Part shown: in pieces, positions 57,043 to 64,000 of the stretch
How the letters are laid out: every line of letters begins with the position of its first letter
How positions within the stretch are numbered: the first letter of the stretch is position 1
Source: Macrostomum lignano
Taxonomy: Eukaryota
DNA: 64,000 nt
Assembly: GCA_002269645.1 (NCBI GenBank)
Contig: NIVC01002475.1
Location: 1-64,000 of the forward strand
Reading direction: 5' to 3'
Notes under the pieces: model-generated
What the model was told of the DNA's origin: nothing
The model's input: the letters and a program-made list of their open reading frames with translations, nothing else
Database searches by the model: none
Program-made: the position numbers and the translations under genes

Positions 57043-59727
57043 TCAGCCAATGGCAAGCTGTCCATGGGGCAGCAAAGCGATATGCGTTTCTGACACCGCA
57101 CAGCAGCCAATAATGTCGTCAGCTGGGCGACAGGTCGTAGGACCAGTCGCCTCCAGGTCGAACGGATCACATAGTAGCCGACGAACATGCGAGAATCGAC
57201 AACCCCTCTCGTCTGAGTCATCAAGGACTCCTGACATGGCGTGCATAGGTTCCATGTCGGGAAGTAGCACGGGCAGATTTTGCAGAACCACACTCAGGTT
57301 CGCCGATCCGTCGGCCGTCTCCGTCTGTGTGATCTCCAGCACCCTGTGGAAGTCGAATGTTCTGTCCTGTTCTGCAGTGGCAACAAAGCATGAAACGCGC
57401 CGACGCGATCGCCTGCTGACATTGAATACTTCCACAAACAGACCGCTGTCGAACCACATGGACTTCCAAGACTCGGGTGCCGTTTCCGCGCTGCGGCATG
57501 CTACGACGCGTCCGAATCTTCGAGTTTCATCCAACTCCCGCCGTCGACGATGCTCGACCGGATTTCCGGTCAGGCCTTGTCCAGCGGCAAGTAGACGCTC
57601 AACAACACTGACCAGCTCAACGTCCAGCATTCTTGTGCCATGTAACCGTCTCTTCAGGCGACTATGCATGGACTCCATGGGTCCCGAAGAAAGTCGGTGG
57701 ACTGGGCCAGCCAGGTTGGCATAGTCGACCATGTGCACGCATACTTGGTGAGCGTTGTAGGACTGCAGTCGCACGGAGTACAGACGTTCTATGGCTGCGT
57801 ATAGATACCTCATTGACAGACGCACATGAGGGAGTTCCGACTTTGGACCACCCTCCAGAGTCAACCAGAACATAGAAGCAGACAGCACTTCAATGTAGTG
57901 GAAGTGGTCCTTGAATCTCATGTCGTTCTGTTGGTAGTTCACGAGGAACTTCTCTATACACATGGGAAGGTACGCCAGCAGCCACATCTCGAATTCGTGG
58001 CCGCGGAACTTCTTCACCTCCTTCAGCTTGCGCGGGATGCGATGCACGCTTCTTGGCACCTTGATTTTGGCAACCTCTGTGTCGACTTCGACGATTCGGG
58101 TATGCAGGTCAGGTGTCCTCACTTGCGGATCCGGCTTCTGATGTCGTACTAGAAACAGTTGGCACATCAGGGAGCATACAACGCCAGCACAAAACTGATG
58201 TAAGTAGTCAGGCGGAGAAGCCTGAACATAGTCGAAACCGATCAGGCCAGCAAGAGGAGAAACAGACACAACACCGAGTGTGTCCGCGATCCGTCTTGCG
58301 GGATGGTTCCGTTGCTGTTGCTGCTGCATTTGTTGACGCAAAGCCAACCGACCGGTGTCAAGTTGAGTCCTCACTGTTGGTTCAATAAACCCTTTCGCCC
58401 TTGCACTGTTCAGCAAAGCAGGTGTAACTGTCGATGGATAGTACCTGCCGTACCCCGAGGGCTGCGGACTGGTTTTCAAATAACACTTGTCGCAGCCGTA
58501 TACGGCGTTAAAGCGTTTGAAACCGAGGGCGTCTGCTCGAGCGGGAGCATCAAAAATGGCGAATAAGGGATGCAGGCGAAGGTGCGTGCTTGAACCGTCA
58601 GGTCTCGTTACGTCGAGACCAGCGACGCGGAGAACGTTGAGTTGTTGGATAACTATGGGCAAAAATGACGCAGGACGCACTTTAGCTTTTCCAGCCCAAA
58701 GGCCACATAGAATGGAAAACTTCCACTGCCGTCGCAGCTGGACTTCCGTGATACAGAGATATACGGGGCATACCTCTGTGAAACCCGTGGAGTGCGGGTT
58801 GAAGCCGTCGCTGCACAGTGTGTAGGAAAGATCGGCACGCAAACTGGGATTGATGTGTAACAAGAAGCGTTTGTAGAGTTCGCTGGTGCCGTAGTACAAC
58901 TTCTGGTCGTCAACTTGTCTCCACTCTTCAGGCCAGACAACAGACTGAAGCAGACCGGCGTCTATTCTCTGCTTCAGCTGTTTACCTATGTCGAATGCCC
59001 AGAAATGAGCCAGTCCTTCAACTGAATCGCAGTGACTGCACGGTTGATTGTGGCCAAGCGCAGTTTGACCACATGACAGACAGACAGAATGGCACTGGGA
59101 AGATCCGCATGCGGATTTGTCTCCTAGCTCAGTTGCCATGTGATCGAAAACGCGCTCCGAACGCGGAATACTGCATCCAGGAAGCATGTCGTGAAGAGTC
59201 TTTAGCACCTGTCGTCGTACGGGCGCGGACAAATTGGCTTGTAAGAAAAGCGACTGCAGTGACGAAATAGCAGATCTCAAGGACACGGCATTTCCACTGA
59301 AGAATGACAAATTGAAGTAGTCCTGACCGCTCACGTCTCCCGCACGAGCATTGGATCCGGAATCTGGATCTTCACCAGCATCGCTGGCACCGTCTCCAGC
59401 ATCGTCTTGGTCGTCTACGACCGCATCGCCTACACCATCTCCAGCATCGTCTTGGTCGTCTACGACCGCATCGCCGACACCATCTCCAGCAGCGTCTTGG
59501 TCGTCTACGACCGCATCGCCGACACCATCTCCTTCTCCTTCTCCGGCACCTTCTCCAGCAGCAGTCCCATACAGACGGAGACGTCGCAGTCGCTGAACCC
59601 GCTCAACGACAGATAGTAGTCTGGTGTCAGCTTTTCTTTTAACACCTTTGCGATATTCTCTCATGTATTCTCGCATATACAACTGGCGGTCAGCCTGATT
59701 ATGTTGATCATTTCTGTTCATATCCAT
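57043..59727 (-). CDS. Intact EnSpm/CACTA-type DDE transposase (~894 aa)
   Basis: C4 Zn-finger (CLSC..CSHC), LCSDG (D), CGLWAG, IFDAPARA (D), FNAVYGCDKC, PPDYLHQFCAGV, YNAHQVCVH and SSGPMES (E). Uninterrupted ORF. Likely ATG at 59727, 12 nt after a TTGCAG acceptor. Confidence 0.92.
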   Translation of the reverse strand: MDMNRNDQHNQADRQLYMREYMREYRKGVKRKADTRLLSVVERVQRLRRLRLYGTAAGEGAGEGEGDGVGDAVVDDQDAAGDGVGDAVVDDQDDAGDGVGDAVVDDQDDAGDGASDAGEDPDSGSNARAGDVSGQDYFNLSFFSGNAVSLRSAISSLQSLFLQANLSAPVRRQVLKTLHDMLPGCSIPRSERVFDHMATELGDKSACGSSQCHSVCLSCGQTALGHNQPCSHCDSVEGLAHFWAFDIGKQLKQRIDAGLLQSVVWPEEWRQVDDQKLYYGTSELYKRFLLHINPSLRADLSYTLCSDGFNPHSTGFTEVCPVYLCITEVQLRRQWKFSILCGLWAGKAKVRPASFLPIVIQQLNVLRVAGLDVTRPDGSSTHLRLHPLFAIFDAPARADALGFKRFNAVYGCDKCYLKTSPQPSGYGRYYPSTVTPALLNSARAKGFIEPTVRTQLDTGRLALRQQMQQQQQRNHPARRIADTLGVVSVSPLAGLIGFDYVQASPPDYLHQFCAGVVCSLMCQLFLVRHQKPDPQVRTPDLHTRIVEVDTEVAKIKVPRSVHRIPRKLKEVKKFRGHEFEMWLLAYLPMCIEKFLVNYQQNDMRFKDHFHYIEVLSASMFWLTLEGGPKSELPHVRLSMRYLYAAIERLYSVRLQSYNAHQVCVHMVDYANLAGPVHRLSSGPMESMHSRLKRRLHGTRMLDVELVSVVERLLAAGQGLTGNPVEHRRRRELDETRRFGRVVACRSAETAPESWKSMWFDSGLFVEVFNVSRRSRRRVSCFVATAEQDRTFDFHRVLEITQTETADGSANLSVVLQNLPVLLPDMEPMHAMSGVLDDSDERGCRFSHVRRLLCDPFDLEATGPTTCRPADDIIGCCAVSETHIALLPHGQLAIG

Positions 59728-60804
59728 ACGCGCGACGAACTGCAATGAAGACGGTTGACATACAGACTTTTTGTGCGCTCAATATGAGTACTAATTAATG
59801 ACACCTAAGATTCCGATCCCCTAGTATATCGTCTAGTAAGCATATTTCCTAGTATATGTATAGGAAACACATTGGCACGTCTACATTGACAAGTTGCTAT
59901 CTAAGACATAGAACTCATTCCTCATGGTTACTATTTGTAAAACAACAAAGTACAGATTTACTGGAAAAAAGAGAGGAGGGCGTAATTCCGCCCCAAATAG
60001 AGTAGCAGGTTGTTTGTATTTGACGTCAGGTACACAAGTAGGTACACAAAGAGGTACACAAGACAAAAGCAGTAAATATTAAAGCATATGCATCTGACAG
60101 ATGAAACGACACGGTGAATAAATCTTGACTTCTCTTGTCTTCTCTTCTCTCACCTCTACTCTCCACTCTACTGTGTTCATCATCTCGTCCCTCTCTCCCC
60201 ACTCTCCTTTTATCTTATCTTTTATTTCTGTTCTCATCACATCCTCTCCCCTCCCATTTCTCGTTTTCTACCGCATTTTACTGTCTGGATCCCTTTTCTG
60301 GCCCTTGAGGTAAAATACGTTTGTCGACCTCGAGGTTATAAATTCATACGACATGAGGGCATGAATAGGGTATTTGTCACGCTAACGTGTTACACGCGAA
60401 AAAGTTAAATGCACCAGATAGGTGGAAGACTTATATAAAGGTAGACATAAACGGGTCTGGACGTGAAAAAAAGTACATGAAAGTACATGAAAAAATACAT
60501 GGGAAGAGCCTAATGAGTTAATGAGTATTTGGCCACCTTTGAGCACCTCCGCTAAAAATAAAACTAAGTTACAGTTCCTGGTCTTAAGGCGTTCTGCCTT
60601 CGCTATCCCTGCCCGCGCGGTCTTCCCCCATTTCAAAGAAATGGCAATTAAATCCCGAGTATAATTTATTCATTAATTATTAAAATTAGTAAGACTAATT
60701 TGGATTAGTCACATAAGCCCAATTAACCCCGTACGTACGTGACGATGATTCATCCCATATTAATTCGTCAGGAACTGGACGTTCTTTTCAAACTGTCAAA
60801 TCTG

Positions 60805-62769
60805 TCAAAACTTTTTTCTCTTTAACATTTTATTACGTTGGCTGCCCACGCCCAGGCCGTATCTACGGTAACGAGAGCGTAGATAATACTCGGCCGCGGT
60901 GGCGAGAGTGGTTGCTACTGTCGGCGGAGCCGCGCCGGAATCCGGCTGCGGTTCACCACTGGCCGTACTGCTAGCAACGCCGGCCGCGGTGACGAGAGTG
61001 GTTGCTACTGTCGGCGGAGCCGCGCCGGAATCCGGCTGCGGTTCACCACTGGCCGTACTGCTAGCAACGCCGGCCGCGGTGACGAGAGTGGCTGCTACTG
61101 TCGGCGGAGCCGCGCCGGAATCCGGCTGCGGTTCACCACTGGCCGTACTGCTAGCAACGCCGGCCGCGGTGACGAGAGTGGTTGCTACTGTCGGCGGAGC
61201 CGCGCCGGAATCCGGCTGCGGTTCACCACTGGCCGTACTGCTAGCAACGCCGGCCGCGGTGACGAGAGTGGTTGCTACTGTCGGCGGAGCCGCGCCGGAA
61301 TCCGGCTGCGGTTCACCACTGGCCGTACTGCTAGCAACGCTGGCCGCGGTGTCGGGCATCGGCTCATCAGGATCGAAAACGAGCCCTCTCGATGTAAGGC
61401 CTGTGCTAGGCCGCGCCAGTAGTGCCGGGTCGCGGACCATTAGTTGCGCTGCCTCGCGGCACATCGAAAGCACTACTGACGCACCAAAGCTACAATACCT
61501 TATCTCTACACCCACAATGGCCACGGCGACATTATCTGTCGTGCAGTAGCCACGGGGGATGCCCTCACGCAAAAGCATTTGTAGCAGGAAGCCGACTAGA
61601 TCTTTTTGGCCCTTACTGCGCTGATAGGCCACATCGACTCTCCCTGCCTCCTGACGGAGTAGCGCCAGCAGAGCGTCGGTTCGGTCGGCCAAGGGCTCAG
61701 TGCCCATAATGGCGGGCTTTTCGATTCCAGCTTTATCCCGCGAGCGCAGGCCCATGCCCAACTGCCGAGCCCAAGATCTGAGCAGGTGGAAAAGGCAGTT
61801 AAGGCCACAGCCACGCCGAACGACGTCTCGAATGCCGACTTGAAGGACGACCAGCCGCTCGAGCACAGCAGCCGGTGCCATGCTGACGTCGCATGAGTCG
61901 TTCTCTCCGTCTTCTTCGTCCTGCCACAGAAAGCCCGTGTAAATGTCGGTTGGGCTTTCCACGGCGGTTGTGAGTAGACCCATGACATCGCGAAGCATTG
62001 GCAGGGGCCAGTTCTGCAGAGTGACGATGGCATTGCAGCCGCACTGATTGGAAGCCGCCGCCTCGCGCCTGCTGGTTTCAACAGTCAACTGCGCAGCTGA
62101 GTGTTTTGACTGGTTCGCAGAGACAAACCGCTCTGGTCCAGTGTTAACAGGCGACCGATGCGGTGGCTTTTTCAGTGGCAATGCATTCGAACATGCGATG
62201 TGCCACTGCCACTGCTCCAGGACGGCGTCGACGCTAGCGTCTGGCGTGAGCAACCGGCCGACTTCGGCCACTGTCGGTTGCGTCGCGACGCAGGGACTGG
62301 CACTGGCTGGCAAATTGGGCCGACTGTGTACGCCGACTTCGGCCACTGTTGGCTGTCTCGCGACTCTGGGACTGGCACTGGCTGGCAAATTGGGCCGACT
62401 GTGTACGCCGACTTCGGCCACTGTTGGCTGTCTCGCGACTCCGGGACTGGCACTGGCTGGCAAATTGGGCCGACTGTGTACGCCGAATCCGGGCACGAGA
62501 TTCGCGAGCCACAGCCACGCGCCGTCCGTTCCGATCCTCTGGCTATACCGGTGTACTAGTTCGGCGACGCTGTTGCATCCGAGGTCAGCGAGAGGAACTT
62601 CAGCGCCTAATAGCTGTCGGTAGGAGGTCAACACGGACTCGATGCGCACCCGAGGTGCTGGACGGCCCCGATGTGCGGGGTACAGCAGGATGGCACGGAG
62701 GTTACTAAGCACGTCGGCTAATTTCCGTTTCTTTTCATCGGACAAATCCGAGATTTCGTTGCGATCCAT
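60805..62769 (-). CDS. 654-aa protein with N-terminal LOTUS/OST-HTH domain, 25-aa x3 and 30-aa x5 repeats, and a central unknown domain
   Basis: VLSNLRAILL..VRIESVLTSYRQLLGAEVPLADLGCNSVAELV fits the LOTUS pattern (TDRD5 EY..MVGNHLPLRILGYRSTMELV; TDRD7 LRAVL..EYRSLTGDWIPFKQLGF, both recalled). ATG at 62769 follows a CTTTCAG acceptor; AATAAA on the minus strand at 60665-60670. Repeats: 75-bp period at ~62258-62480 and 90-bp period at ~60890-61345. Confidence 0.8.
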   Translation of the reverse strand: MDRNEISDLSDEKKRKLADVLSNLRAILLYPAHRGRPAPRVRIESVLTSYRQLLGAEVPLADLGCNSVAELVHRYSQRIGTDGAWLWLANLVPGFGVHSRPNLPASASPGVARQPTVAEVGVHSRPNLPASASPRVARQPTVAEVGVHSRPNLPASASPCVATQPTVAEVGRLLTPDASVDAVLEQWQWHIACSNALPLKKPPHRSPVNTGPERFVSANQSKHSAAQLTVETSRREAAASNQCGCNAIVTLQNWPLPMLRDVMGLLTTAVESPTDIYTGFLWQDEEDGENDSCDVSMAPAAVLERLVVLQVGIRDVVRRGCGLNCLFHLLRSWARQLGMGLRSRDKAGIEKPAIMGTEPLADRTDALLALLRQEAGRVDVAYQRSKGQKDLVGFLLQMLLREGIPRGYCTTDNVAVAIVGVEIRYCSFGASVVLSMCREAAQLMVRDPALLARPSTGLTSRGLVFDPDEPMPDTAASVASSTASGEPQPDSGAAPPTVATTLVTAAGVASSTASGEPQPDSGAAPPTVATTLVTAAGVASSTASGEPQPDSGAAPPTVAATLVTAAGVASSTASGEPQPDSGAAPPTVATTLVTAAGVASSTASGEPQPDSGAAPPTVATTLATAAEYYLRSRYRRYGLGVGSQRNKMLKRKKF

Positions 62770-63134
62770 TGTGCTGAAAGGGTGTGACATTCGACTTATG
62801 CAAATAGCATTCAGCTTGAACTGTAGGGGACGTAACTATGGTAGTAATGGCTACTTTGATGCTATCGAGGTATCACTTTTCCTTACTGCACATATGTACA
62901 TAATGATGCGGAAAATGTATCATTCAATCAACTTGGGGTTCCAACTGTACGTTAAGTGAACAGTTTTAAAATTATGCTGCACCCAGTACTCAACAGTTTA
63001 CGAGGTTACCTTCAATACATAAAATTAATAACACGTATTACCCAATACTTTCGAAAACGGAAAAAAAGAAAGACAGAAGTCAGTGCACCAATACTAAAGC
63101 GCATAATTAAATTTTATTTTCAAATCGCATATCA

Positions 63135-63330
63135 GCTTAGCAGCTGCCTTGAGCCACAACAGAAGCGAGGATAGATTATCCATCGCAGGTCAGCATGGAA
63201 GCTGCCTTGAGCCACAACAGAAGCGAGGATTGATTATCCATCGCAGGTCAGCTTATCAGCTGCCTTGAGCCACAACAGAAGCGAGGATTGATTATCCATC
63301 GCAGGTCAGCTTATTAGCTGCCTTGAGCCA
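63135..63330. repeat. 58-bp tandem repeat x~3.3 upstream of the LOTUS ORF
   Basis: GCTGCCTTGAGCCAC at 63143, 63201, 63259 and 63317. Confidence 0.92.
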
Positions 63331-64000
63331 CACGATATGGTTACCGACCATAGTAGTCCGTATAGACTACTCTAGACGTGATCTGCTCACGGCTGGTGCA
63401 ACTGCAAACGCCTTAGACAAACCAATGGAGCATGCACCGACAAAAATCGGATTAGCGTCTATCTTAATAGGAAAGCTGCTTTGCCTACTGGGCCAGTTGG
63501 AGCTATTTGGAACCATGCCACTGTCTCCTTCTAGACACCCAGCTGTGTCAAACAATATGGTTGGCTGATTTTTTATGCTTCTAAGCGTCAAATATGACGA
63601 TAGAATCATTCAGCCCGTTGACACACTAAGCAGCTGTGATAGACTACATGCCAGTGGAAGTCAAACCTCTCGCACACAAACAGGGCGCAACAATTTTTCA
63701 ATTGTCACCTGTACGGAGGATGGGCTCAGCCTCACATTACGGACGCTACAGTGCCGCCGAAAAGCAGATCAATTTACATTGCAATTTCGAGGATTTATTA
63801 CCCCTCGCTTTACAAGAGGAATTAGCGCCGTTGACCAAACGGATGCCAGGGATTGCCTGATGGGATAGCCATTTGCTGGGGTCTGTATTCAGCGGTTTTC
63901 CATCGGAGGCTTCCTCTCAAAATCCCCATGGAACTTATATAATGGATGCCGGATTGATTCCGACTCAAGTCCCGAAATTTTCCCGGATCAGCTTCGCCCG

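Larger units (their letters stand above)
52220..64000 (-). mobile_element. Large EnSpm/CACTA (CMC)-type transposon (>=11.8 kb, right end beyond the window)
   Basis: Sharp left junction with the 50-bp satellite (..TTTTA|CCCGTCG), CCGG-rich subterminal repeats and an intact CMC transposase. The same motif family (CCCGGATCAG, TTCGCCCG) reappears at 63945-64000. Right TIR and TSD are not visible. Confidence 0.78.

Noticed and set aside
57050-62959. Many plus-strand ORFs overlapping the transposase and LOTUS ORFs
   Set aside because: Antisense shadows of GC-rich coding sequence; no motifs.
63323-63868. Short plus-strand ORFs near the window end
   Set aside because: Under 100 aa, no recognisable domain, no convincing exon chain.

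Overview
Eukaryotic, intron-containing, repeat-rich animal DNA. The minisatellite-filled introns, poly-Q tracts and 5'UTR splice acceptors resemble a free-living flatworm such as Macrostomum (inference only). Host genes: a tight plus-strand cluster LSM2, PPP1R11 and POLR2H; a six-exon FERM-PTP gene of the PTPN14/PTPN21 (Pez) type with degenerate catalytic motifs; a two-exon secreted WSC plus PAN-like gene; and a truncated kinesin-6 (KIF20-like) fragment. Mobile DNA: a split mariner fossil, an RTE-like LINE with TSD, hAT MITEs, a tRNA-derived SINE, and three EnSpm/CACTA (CMC)-type elements. These are a complete 10.18-kb element (20798-30977, TT TSD), a decayed intronic copy, and a large element (52220 to beyond the window end). 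The large element has an intact ~894-aa transposase, a BEN-domain gene, an orphan ORF and a 654-aa ORF that begins with a LOTUS/OST-HTH domain, the TDRD5/TDRD7/Oskar germ-granule module. All four of its ORFs are co-oriented and each has a splice acceptor 4-21 nt before the ATG. This putative polycistronic transposon carrying a captured piRNA-pathway domain is the best candidate for an undescribed system. All domain calls come from motif recognition by eye; no searches were run.
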